Below are positions 14,696 to 26,491 of a stretch of DNA of 64,000 nucleotides, piece by piece. The position numbers and the translations under genes are program-made. This DNA is from Fimbriosthenelais zetlandica (taxonomy: Eukaryota), in NCBI GenBank assembly GCA_977030845.1, contig OZ365109.1, forward strand, positions 26,040,001 to 26,104,000. The letters are read 5' to 3'. Under the pieces are notes generated by a model. The model was not told the origin of the DNA. It saw only the letters and a program-made list of their open reading frames with translations, and did no database searches. Each line of letters starts with the position of its first letter. The stretch's first letter is position 1.

Positions 14696-14708
14696 CCACC
14701 AGGGGGCG
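14696..14708 (+). promoter_or_regulatory. CTCF consensus site
   Basis: CCACCAGGGGGCG is an exact match to the core consensus CCASYAGRKGGCR, preceded by TGCA and located in a CpG-rich patch upstream of Uncx. Confidence 0.5.
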
Positions 14709-17700
14709 TGGCAGTTCACGCCCGGCGCGCCATTTGCCGCTCGTCGCGCGCGGTTTTGCGGGAGGTCGGCGCGAAATCTCTCACGACTGGGGATCATCAG
14801 CGATCTGGCGGATATCGTTAAACAAGGCAGATCTAAAGATATCAGAGGCAGAGGCTGCACGTGAGACATTTCCATAGTAACACCCGGCAAGACTATAAAA
14901 GATCCTAGCTGCCCTCCTCGACCTTCTGTATTTCCTTCCGGCAATTGGTCAGCGACAAAGAAGAGCGACATCGTTTATCAGTTTTGGGAAGCTAATTATC
15001 CTGGGTCAGCCGATGTTTTGACATAATGGACGTGTGCATGCTCCCAAATAATAAGAATCGTGCATTTAAATTGAATCTGACAGGCAGATAAGCATCACTG
15101 CATTGGAGGCAGATGACTATTGCCTAATGACACCGGATCAATGACGTCGGATTAAGTAGTCAAGCATGAATGGAAATAGAAAGTTGAACAGACTGGATCC
15201 TGATAAATTAATAGTCATTAATTAATATTAGCATAATTAGCGTGAAAACTAACAGAGGCTAATAGAGCAACGCAAGACGGTGTTTTATAATGTGGATTCA
15301 ATATAAAAAGGCGTCATTTGGAAGGAGAAGTATAGTGAAAGTGTCCATTGGTGATGGCTACATGTATATATGAATCTAGAACACGTCGTTTCATAACAAA
15401 AAATATTTGTCAACCCAAGGCTGACTTATGAGATTTCCCTGATAAAAGCACTCCTGAGTCCAACTGAAAAGTGCATATTTCACAGATTATTTTAGGCGTA
15501 ACAATATGCATTAATTTGAATTAATTCTATCACTTCCTCAAAAGGAAAAAAGTCTAAAAAATATTTTATACAGTCATGTACGTTGCACCAGACAACATCA
15601 GAAACGTTTCTCTATGTTATCATTTGGGCCATATGTTTTTGTGGAAATGTAAATTTGCCCTGAATTATAAAAAGATAGGGATCAGTGATATAAGCATAAT
15701 AAACAATTTCAATTAAAAATTTCTCTTTCTGGCTTTATGTAAGCGACATATGGTGTTCGCACGGCTACAGCCGATGGCTATTAAATGTACAAAATGCAAA
15801 TAATTTGTATAGATAGTGCACGGCATGCATCAAAGTTCAAAATATACGTAAGCCATGTGTCTCATAACTTTTCCAAGACAGATGCCCATAAACCACGTCT
15901 ATTACAATGTTTACATCTAAGTGAATCAATAATTATACCGGGGAGATAACATAGAAAGTATGCAAGACCCCCCTCAAAGAGGGACGTTTGAAGTTAAATA
16001 TTCCATATTGCAAGCTGAAGTCGAATGATGGGATGTAAAATCATATACAACCCAAAGCTTTCCATCTTTGAAGAGGAGGCTTGTAAAATCCTCATTAAAC
16101 ATGCAGAAAGTCGGTTTGGTCTTCAGAAAGTCAGTTCTTGCTGCATATTTTACGGCATTGTGCGCTTCGAGCCGCGTAATAATTGTAGAGGTCATAAATG
16201 AAGGGAAGCTTTGTAGTGGACGTTACAGCCATAGAAAGGCCAACTAGAATGGCATTCATTACACGCCTTTGTGACTTTGAATATATCAGTGGATGAGTGT
16301 GGCCCTTGGGGGACAATAAGACATAAAAGTCTGAGTAAATTCCTCCAATGGATTATTAATTCCACCTGAAAGTTTACAACCTCCTATATATATGGTCACA
16401 AAGGCTGCGCATAGTGAGCTAAATGTATTGGGAAGCCAAGTTGAATTTCCTATACCAATGGTATAGTAGTCAAACGGAAGTCGTTTAGGGGCCCGTTTCA
16501 TAACAAAGCTATGTACCATTAGCATAAGGTCCATGGACTAAATTATGTACAGTATAGGATAATTATAATCTTTCTTGATAAACGTGCCCACGAAAAATTA
16601 TGTTGAACAACACGTTCTGGTATGGCCGTACTATAAATTATATTAGGGTCAAAACATGGGAAATGAGAGTGTATTCCGAAAAGTAACATATTGTAGGAAA
16701 AAGAAACAATCATTAATCTTAGGTTTAATCTGATTATATGATGATTCCAGCGATGGATATACTTGCTTTAAAAAACCTTTTTGGATGTACATGGCTGACA
16801 AAACGAGTACAAATTCCCATCTAATAAGACATGATGGAATACATAATTGAACGTTATGTATACACTTACCTCCCGGCCAAAAACCATTTCCTAAGAGTCG
16901 TGTTTCATTCACTCAATAAATCACGAGGCAATTTCAAATAACTTCTCCTCAAAGATACAAAAGGGTTGACTGTTGATAATGGTTTAGAGATCCTACTTCC
17001 GCCATTAAACCCCGTGTAAATACATGTATATATGTGTCAGTCATCTTCGTATATCAGTCATCGAAAGATATCTAATATAATGATACCACGACCCTGTCCC
17101 CCTTCGAAGCAATACGGAAAATAACATTATATGTAAATTTATGTCTACAGTAATGTGTGTGTGAAAAAATGGGGCAAAGATTTATGAATCCTTTTTAATC
17201 AGTTAAGCCACTGTATTTTTCTTTCTTTGATTATGTGAAGTGTTAAATGTCAAATCATTACTTTGATTTTCTTCGTAAGAGTTTTTCTTGTAAGTTTGGT
17301 CTCATAGAAAAGTCCTTCCATGGATATAGAGTTCCTCTTGTCCCTTCAATTGTGTGTGTGTCTCGTATAAGTTACCATTCAAATTACATCACAACTGTCC
17401 ATGTCAATGCATAACGAGCTGTCAATGAAACCAACACAAAAACTTCCTTCATCCTGTAATTCCTATCTGCTCATAGAAAATCAGAATTTCTATAGGCGGA
17501 GATAAAGTTTCAGGTAGAAGTTTCATTTTTAAATTTTGACCCGACCCTTTCAACCTACATATGTCTAAAAATTGCCTTCTAACCTGTCACGAGTGTTCTA
17601 GTGTTTAGACTCGACAAAAGCTTTGGGCTGAACTAGAGGGGGGATAGATTTCCATCTCAAGTGAAAAATGGCGGCGGGTTATGGTCTTGGCTGGGGTCTA

Positions 17701-20700
17701 TTTTGACATTTCTAATCACGCTTAAGATGCATTGCCTTGAGGCAGACCGCAGTGGCAAAAGGCTGGGGAAGAGCACCCCACAAAAGATCAAGCTATCAAC
17801 TAACACGGGGGGCTAACACCTTTACGGCTCTCATTCGCAAGACATATACACATCGACACTCTTAAGCTCCTAGGTAATTAAGTACAATTGCTTTCCAGTA
17901 ACAACTGCACCAGAGACAATGATATTCTGCCTGTTTCCCACCAAATAAATTAGACTAATATATATCCTGTAGCCCCAAGTATCCTGTGGTCATATATCAT
18001 GTCCTAAACTGAATTTATTTTATGACTGTTTTTTTCTTTTCCTGGAACTGAAACTTCTTTTTATTTAGGATCAAGGAAAAATTGACTTTTATTGATTTCC
18101 AAATAGGTTTGGGTGGTCTAGGATGCTGTTGATGAAGCAATATATAAATATTGATCCTACTTCCTAGCTTGGCTTTACAAGAATACAGAGTGAGGCCACA
18201 AACTATGGGGTTGCGTCCTATCTTCTGATCAATTCATTTTCTTTCAATGGCTATATTGATCATGGTATTACCAACCAATTTCAGCCGGTTGATTCTATCT
18301 GGTTGGGATGAAAGTGGTGAATTTATACTCGATTATGTGCTTGCCTTATCGTGTTGACAATCGTACAATCGATATAACTACATTCATCACATCTCAAGCC
18401 CATTACGGGACACATCCATCAGAGGATCATTATATCCAATCCCAAGCAACCTTATCATTTGGAGCTATTACTTTGGGTAAATATGATTTAGCTCTCCACC
18501 AAGGCTGCCTATTACCTTGGCCAAATATGATTTACCCGTTGAGTATTTGTATGCAGAGCAGCTAGTTCGGACCCTATAGCCATTTGAAAACCAATCTAGT
18601 CCAGCACCTAAATCACTCTCGTTAGAAATTAGAAAATACTGTTTAAACACATTAAGAAAATGACTGTAATCAAGGATGGGTGTAAGAGATTCCAAAATGA
18701 CCAGGGACATGGGGATGGAGATGTCTTATTTAAGGTGAAGGTAGAGGGTGGGCAGTTGATGGGATGGGGTATATAGTATGGGTTAAGTGGTCAGCCAGGT
18801 GAGGCCAGGTGTGACCAGGTAGGCGTGGCAGTGGCTATCAGCACACCTGAGTGGTCAACTAACGAGGCAGTGGAATGGTCGATAATGAGGAACCTGCCCC
18901 CCTGTATCCCTTACCCTTAACTTTGTTACCATGTCTATCACCTACACCTGTGTAAGGCAGCCTCAGAGCCCTTGTTAGGCCAGAAGAATTTTTTTCTATA
19001 CCTACTACTAAAATGTCCATTTTATTCTTAAAAAATATAATAAGATTTAGAAGTCGAGAACCTGAAGTTCAGTGAAAATAAAATAAATTTCAACAGCTTC
19101 AATATAATATATAATGATGTATATTTGAATGAGAAAATGGAACTAATTTGATATTTTTCAAATATAAAATTCAAATTAACTGTCCGTTCTTTGCCCGAAC
19201 TGAAGAACAATTTCCCTCTTACGATTTTCTTCTTCAAAAAATAAGCAAAATAAACAGTTAAGAAAGAAACTTTAAGACCACAACATATGGCCTGAGGAAG
19301 CGCTACCTTAAAACAGCTTGCGCCAATATCCGGGACACCAGGCTCCCTTACCTGCAGCGTCTGGCCGAGCAAAAAGGCAATTGCCATGGCCTCTGGCAGG
19401 CTCCTCCCACTCCTCCCACCTCCAACAGTAGTGTCAAATCATTGTCATTCACAGATAGCCTCCTCATATGGGTTCTCACCTTCTGATGCTTTTTCTTGAT
19501 ACTTTTGCCACCTTCATGTCAACATTATGATGAAGGAGTTAAAACTTTCACCATGTCATGACAAAAGTGTATAATTATGATATAAATGTGCTGCGTTGAC
19601 TCAATAATCCGAAGAGTTATTTAATTGTTAGTTGCCAGTGGGAAACTTAAAATATGTGGCACCTATCCTCATTTAAGGGTTGTTTGGGAGGAACATATAT
19701 ATATCCTTGGGGCATGGAAGGGTGTACATTTAATGCCTGGTATTTGTAAAGGGGGATCGAGGGAGAGATAGACAGGTACATTAGGATGTTTTTGAATCTC
19801 ACAGAAGCTCCCCCCGCCAGATCAGATTGTGATAAATGTCCAGCTGCTTGAGCGAGATACCGATAGATGTCGCGCTGGTAGATGGGCTATCAGTGGGAGC
19901 TGCCTGTTTCAGATGAAATTAAATCTGGAATGAAATTAAGTCAACAAAGGCAGTGGGAATCAATGGACATTTAGTAAGGGTAAGGTTTTTGTCTGCTTTG
20001 TAAGCATTGAAATAAAAGAAAGAGTGTGACACATCGGAGGTCAAAACGTCCATGTTGGTGCAGGGGGAACTGACATCTTTGGAAAGTTTTTGAACAGTGA
20101 AATTTGATTGTGCCTAGCTTTGGTTGGATGGAATACGAGCCGTGTCTTTTTAAATGTAAATTTCTCCATCCATACATCTGAGACAGAATAAATTCTATTT
20201 TTCCAAAAAAAAAGGTAACTTTTTTGACGAAGCAAAATATATTGCATACTATAGATTCCTATAAAAGTGAAATAACTTTTTCATATAGGATATATCATTC
20301 TATTTTAAGGTTGGATGGGCAACATTGATGGAATTTGCTACGTTAATGGTCCCTCGACACTTAGTATAGGTCTATACATGCTTCAATGAACCAAGACTCC
20401 TTCACCAACACACATGTAGTTCTGCTAACCCACTCCTATCGCTTTTCCATTACCTATGGTTCAAACAAGACAAACCAATAATCTCAACTCCCATTGAATC
20501 AAATCCACTATTTCATCTGATTATCGCGATGGCTTGTGCTAGGTCAACCCAGCCTCTGCTGATTTGGCCACAATTTCCAAGCTGACACAATCACAATTGA
20601 ATCTATTTATGATCGAAGAAAAGGATGGTCATCCACTCCAGTATACCCTCTATACTTCCGGGCCAAATGCAATCACTCCCCATTTTTGATCGCCAATCTT

Positions 20701-23154
20701 CTAGAGATGGTAGGATAGTGGCGACCAGATACAGATTTAGCAAGGAGTTTTCAAGTTGTTATGGTTTTTAACAAGCTGATGCTACACTGGTCGAAAGTAA
20801 TAGATTTCTAATAATGTATGTGTGGGGTTTACCCTTTGTGGACCAAGGGTCATCCATCATGTGGTCTTAGAGGCAGCGTCTACTCGCTGGCGACTGAGGG
20901 GTTCTCCCTTTGTGTCCCATGGACGCCAGGGATGTCACGGCTACTTTGTTGCCATGACAAATTGACGTCGATGCGACAGGTGACGTGGAAACGGGGCGAC
21001 GTCTGTGGAAGTATCAAGACGTTTACCGGTGCGCGACCGTCAAGGTAAAAGACCTGCGTTTGGAAGGGTATTTAGAGAACGGGTGGGGGAGGGGTGGGAG
21101 GGCCCGCCCCCCATCACAAAACTCCACACCCACCTCAACAGGCGGTCCAGAGGGGCGGACAAGCCCACGCACCAACAAGCCGCCAACAATGCCAGTCAAT
21201 TCACAGTTGAAAAACTGATAGATAAATTCATTAATCCGCTCCGTGCAGAGAGGAAAAGTCAATCCTGATTGGATGATCTCTATTCAGTATAGAAATCAAG
21301 GAGTGAGATATTTGTAACGTCGTGGGGTGCTATAGTCAAAGGTGATGGTTGGAAATCAACTTTTAAGAATGGCTTTAATTCAAGTAGGAGAGCAATTCAA
21401 GTTCCAAGAGATGTCACTCAAATATAGCTTAGAGGCTGTACTAAAATGGAAACAACCTCAGCATCATACAATTACATATATTTTTACTTGAATTAATCTA
21501 CTTCTTGGTCATATTTCCTTTCATAAATACATGCACCGTTCACAAGGGCTCCATCCATATTTATAAGAATACCTTTAAAAATGTCCGTTTTGTCAGGTAG
21601 ATCAAGGGGAAATTATATAATGTATAAAAGTCAGTAGATTCAATCCATCATTGGATTTACTGGTCTTTTCTCGGAGGCTCAGGATGATGGATGGACGGGG
21701 TTAACATTAATATATCACGGTGCTAAGATCAGGAGGTCTCACTCCGCATTCTTCAACTGTGCAACCTCCACCCACCTCCATCAGGCCCGAGTGAGAGAAC
21801 AGACAACTGTGGCGCCATCTCTGGTGGTGTGATTGAGTTATGTGACTTTCTGCCACTCCCTACTGGTAAGGGTGGACAGCCACCAACCATGGCTCACATT
21901 CTGAATGTCTGAAGATTTGATGTACGTTGCTAAGGCAACATTAAAACGAGCATACAATGCTATACCCCACAACCTGCTACTGTTGCTACGTCAAATTTAA
22001 CTAAACATTACATCCCGTATATTTCTTCTTCATACAGGTCTGCAGGGTATATAGAAGCAAAGACCCAAATTGTATCATCCATTATAGATTCATCATTTTA
22101 TTATAAATATAATCCTTTGGTGTTCGTTGTAAAATAGTCACACCCTTGAAAATCTAGTTTAACTTTTAGTGACTATACAGTCAGTATATATATATATGTG
22201 ATCCTGTGAATTTTACCAACATAGGTTAAATACACGTAGAGTAATATATTATAACTTGTGAAAATCAAAAAAATATGTTTCGCAATACTATACCAAATGA
22301 TATGAACCCAACCAGCCCTAACAGGTAGGACAATCTAATTTCACCAAAACATACCACTGTAATTTGTACCCACAATTCACACCACTAAAATATAAACCAT
22401 TTCATGAATGAAGAAAAAGAACTTTTAATATAACAAAGGACTATAATAATGTACCGAGATATCTAGTAGAAACCACAACTTCTACTTTTTAAAGCATAGG
22501 TTATTTTTTGTAAGTTTCAAATAAATGAACACCTTCTCAATCTCTTACTCATATTCGTATTCAGTGTAAGCCAGAAAGTTATGTATACAATGTCTTCAGT
22601 AAAACATATCTAAACTGGTACACTGTTCCCAAATCAAAACAAGTGGACTGGTCCAAAAGGTATACGATTGTGTAACAAGCAGTACGATAATATATTCATA
22701 AATAACAACAGTATGGCAGAGAACCTGACAAATAATGTCAGATTAACAAAGCAACAGTTATATACATGCAACAGACTATGTTCAATCGACAACAGCAAAA
22801 AGTATTATATATATTATAACAAATCGTTGTCATGTATATCAGCGAAGTTGCCATTGCCATGTCAAATGGACGGGTAATAGAATCTCGGATGGATGTGATA
22901 TTTACAAAGATTCACGGCGTTTCATAGCCGACAAGTAATTTTAGCAACATTCAGCAGATAATTAATCTGGAATTAATATGAATTCCCACAATATTTTTGC
23001 AATAGCAATCTTCTGCAATATAATTCTGCACAGTTCTGAATTAATGCGTTAATCAGCAGATTGTGAATACAATTTCGTGACTTTATAAAATATAAAGAAA
23101 TGGACAATGAACCTAAGCTGCAAGTGTTTTCATTTCAGGCTAGTAGTTGAGATA

Positions 23155-25660
23155 TCATTGATTCAAGCTGGGAACGGTAGAGTGGTTATCACAGGGATCA
23201 ACAGGCAAAGATGTATTAACATTTAAAGGACTGATAGCAACTTCCTGGACAACATTCTGAATTTCATTTTGCGACACTTCCGTGTTTTTGTGAGGATCCT
23301 TTTCATTTGTGCTTGCATTGACTTCGGCACTCTGAGATTCTATAGGAAGTTTATTTGATACAGGAGATTCCTTCGCGTCACTAACTGACTGCTTTCCATC
23401 ACATTCTTGCTCCTTGGTCTTCGATGATTCCTCAGTTGAGGTAGCTAAATTTCCAGATCCTATTCCGGGTACATTTTTGATGGTATTTGAGGATTCCGGT
23501 TCGGATTTTATCATGGAATCTGTTTTTACTCCATCGATATCTTTTACTGGACTTCCAGAGGATATGGGCGCTTCCACAATGACTTTTTCAGGGGAGGACG
23601 GTGATTTTTGATAGATTGCTTCAGTGATGGTGTCCTTAGTCTCAGGCGAGGGTTTACCGAATATCAGGCCTGATATCCAACCGGTAACGCCTTCACTCTG
23701 CCCCTCCCCGTGATCTGATGTGGATCTTTTGACGGCGGTTGAGTCAGGTTTTGGTGGGGAGTAGGTTGAGGGCTGGTCACTTTCTGAACAGCTCCGTGCA
23801 CGTCGCATCATGAGATGTTTCTCCTGAGTGGATTGAAGACTTCCCAAGATGAACGCTGAAGGTGCCATCTTAGCCAGGTCTTCTGAATCCAGCCCCTCTA
23901 CCTGCACCTCCTCGCCATCCTCCATGCTCAGTTTCTGCATCAGTTCTGTCAGTTTCTTGGCTTTTCTCACTTCATTTTGGTGGATGATCAAGTGGAGATG
24001 TTCAGTGAGGGAATCTTTTATGTCGGTCTTCTGATGTAGATCCATCTTGGATTCGATGTATTCCTTTTCTGCCCGTTCATATCGTCGTCTGTAAGAGAAA
24101 TTGGTGATGAAATTATTATTTGGCAGTCTCGATCATGCTCAGTCAGGTAAAAAAATATGTTCTTTTGAATTTCTCATAAATTTCTCTTCTTTTAATTTCT
24201 TTTAAATTGTTCTTTTATTTGACATATTAAAATCTGATTACTAAATAGGTTCTTAGGTTTGATATATTTTAGAGATATAGATCCAAGAATGAATACAGGA
24301 ATTCGGGATATAGTTATATAGCCTATACTTACTGAGCATCGAGATATTCTCTGCTTGCTTCTTCAATTTTATTCCTTATAATGGAAACATCAATGGCGAG
24401 TAGCTGATCTAACTGGGAGAGATCTTTCTGGATTCGTGTCAGTCTGCTGGCTTCTTGTTTAGCTTTCTTTTGTCTGTATTAAAAGAAGAACAAAATAATT
24501 CAGTAAATGGAATGGAAACACTTGTCAAAAGAAATATGGTAGTCTATAACATAAAATAATGGATAGGGCCTAGGTTGTAAATAAAATCTATAAATAGCTT
24601 CGAAGCTAAATCTATACAATGTCATCAATTATCATAGATAGATGGCTCAAGCACAATATAGGATATTAAATACAATACATTACCTATCTAAAATTGCGGA
24701 TGTTAGGAGTTCTCGCTTCTTTTTATTTTGTTCTTCGATTAATTTTTGCTGGAACTGAAACTTTTGCACGTTGTCATATTGTTGTCTGGAAAAAAAATCA
24801 ATACCATATATTAATAATTTTTTCAACATAATTTTATCAAAATTATATTAAATTGAAAATAGGTTAGTGGCGAAACAGTAGGTTAGGACCTAAAGGTTTT
24901 TATTTTCATGAATTTTCATTACTTGATTATTTGTTTCTCGTCAAGAACCATGTCCGATTCTGCGTGACTTCCATTTTCTCCAACTGAACTCTGTTGACTT
25001 ATATTTTGTCCAGATGATTTCTGTTCTAAATTCAGTGAATTATCACTTTCAGAGGTGTGATGTTGGTCCTGTATTTCAGGCCCTTTTTGGAGGTGATTAT
25101 TTTGGGTTGGTGGTGCTTCAGCAGGAGAGGGCTTGGATAATCTTGCTGCAGGTGGTAACTGAACCTGGCTCTCCACGGTTTTATTAACGGACGGATCTGG
25201 AGATTTTCTTGTTCTTTGGGTTGGACGACCTCTGCCTTGTGACGGCTTCACTCTCCTTTGAGGTGGATTGCTTTTGGAAGCATTATTTTCTGAATTTAAA
25301 AAGAAATCACAGCCATATTATTATTAATATAAGAAGGCATTATCATTGGGATTTAGAATAGCTTATTCTGGCGGATTCCCACAGAATTCTAAGTGACATT
25401 TCGTGTATTCAATAATTATGAAGGCAAGTAAGCCTGATTCATTCTAGCACTGTATGTAATGCAGAAACCCCCTATTATCGCCCACAGACAACATAATCTC
25501 CTATTCACATACAAAATCACATGTAAATAAATATGAAATTAACGTATATATTGGGTTATATGTGCTAGAATAATATTCTACTTCATAAATATATGTACAT
25601 ACCTGGTTGTCCTTTTAATCGACGAAGTTCTTCATCGGAAAACCCAACCCACTTATCCAT
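23155..25660 (-). CDS. GORAB: RAB6-interacting golgin (GORAB/SCYL1BP1); exons 25660-25603, 25289-24923, 24785-24684, 24473-24333, 24088-23155; about 533 aa
   Basis: The N-terminus MDKWVGFSDEELRRLK and the coiled coil QQKLIEEQNKKKRELL...RIQKDLSQLDQLLAIDVSIIRNKIEEASREYLDAQRRYERAEKEYIESKMDLHQKTDIKDSLTEHLHLIIHQNEVRKAKKLTELMQKL match vertebrate GORAB motifs as recalled. All introns are GT-AG with matching phases, and the summed CDS of 1602 nt is divisible by 3. Confidence 0.92.
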
Positions 25661-26491
25661 GTTTGTGTCCGACAACAACGCTGCCACGAAAACATAACCT
25701 CAAAGCGGATACATGATGCCACTACTTTTAAAATAAACCCCAGTATTTCACACACTTGTGCTTTAAAGCATATTTAAATATTTTTATAAAGAATTCTAAA
25801 CATAAAAAGTACGATAAATATGGATAAATTTGATGATTATCGTTTTTAATCTGTAAGCCTAGTTCTAGAGGACACCGAGAGGTGGCAGCATGTGGCAGTG
25901 ACGGATGCTTTGCCTTTGGGTGTCGTCTACGTATTCGTCTGCAAAAAGCCATACTTTGTGCAGGAATTCACTGAATTAAAGCTAAGCCGGTCCTACTGAC
26001 AGGTATTATTATCATTATCTATCCTCTGGGGTTTACTTCTTGTAACTCGTGTAATCTTGAGGGCTTTTTCTAAGTTGTGTGTTGTTTGACTAAAAATCAT
26101 TAACGTCAGTGATGACCTTTGGCTTTGCCAAGCTTTGCCTTTGCCTTTGGCTTTGTCTTTGGATTTGCCCAGAGAGTCTGCCTTTGGCTTTGCCTTGGCG
26201 GGATTTGCTGGCTTCTTCTACTATGCCTAGGCATATGGCTATGGGTAATGCCTATGAGCATAGACATGTATGTCTATGGTATGACCAATTTGCTCTGACT
26301 GTGAGTGACTATGACTATGTCTATCTACGTCTTTGCATAGGCCTAGAATAACGTTAGTCGTATATTTTTGACTCAGGCCTCCGGATTTCATTATAGTTTT
26401 AAATTTAATATTTTTCCCAGTCAAATAAATGTCTTAAAAGTTTGTCATGAATCCTAAATATTGTTTTATAGGTTTAGAGTGACCGGGGAAA
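25661..26491. promoter_or_regulatory. Divergent (head-to-head) promoter and 5' UTR region of GORAB and HEI10
   Basis: The divergent start codons are only about 830 bp apart. An acceptor tttatag at 26471 implies a non-coding upstream HEI10 exon. A CTCF-like CCGAGAGGTGGCAG lies at 25875-25888. Confidence 0.5.
26118..26330 (+). repeat. Degenerate hexamer microsatellites, (CTTTG[G/C])n followed by (GACTAT/GTCTAT)-type units
   Basis: ctttggctttgcc...ctttgcctttgcctttggctttgtctttgg at 26118-26200; gactgtgagtgactatgactatgtctat near 26297-26325. Confidence 0.7.
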
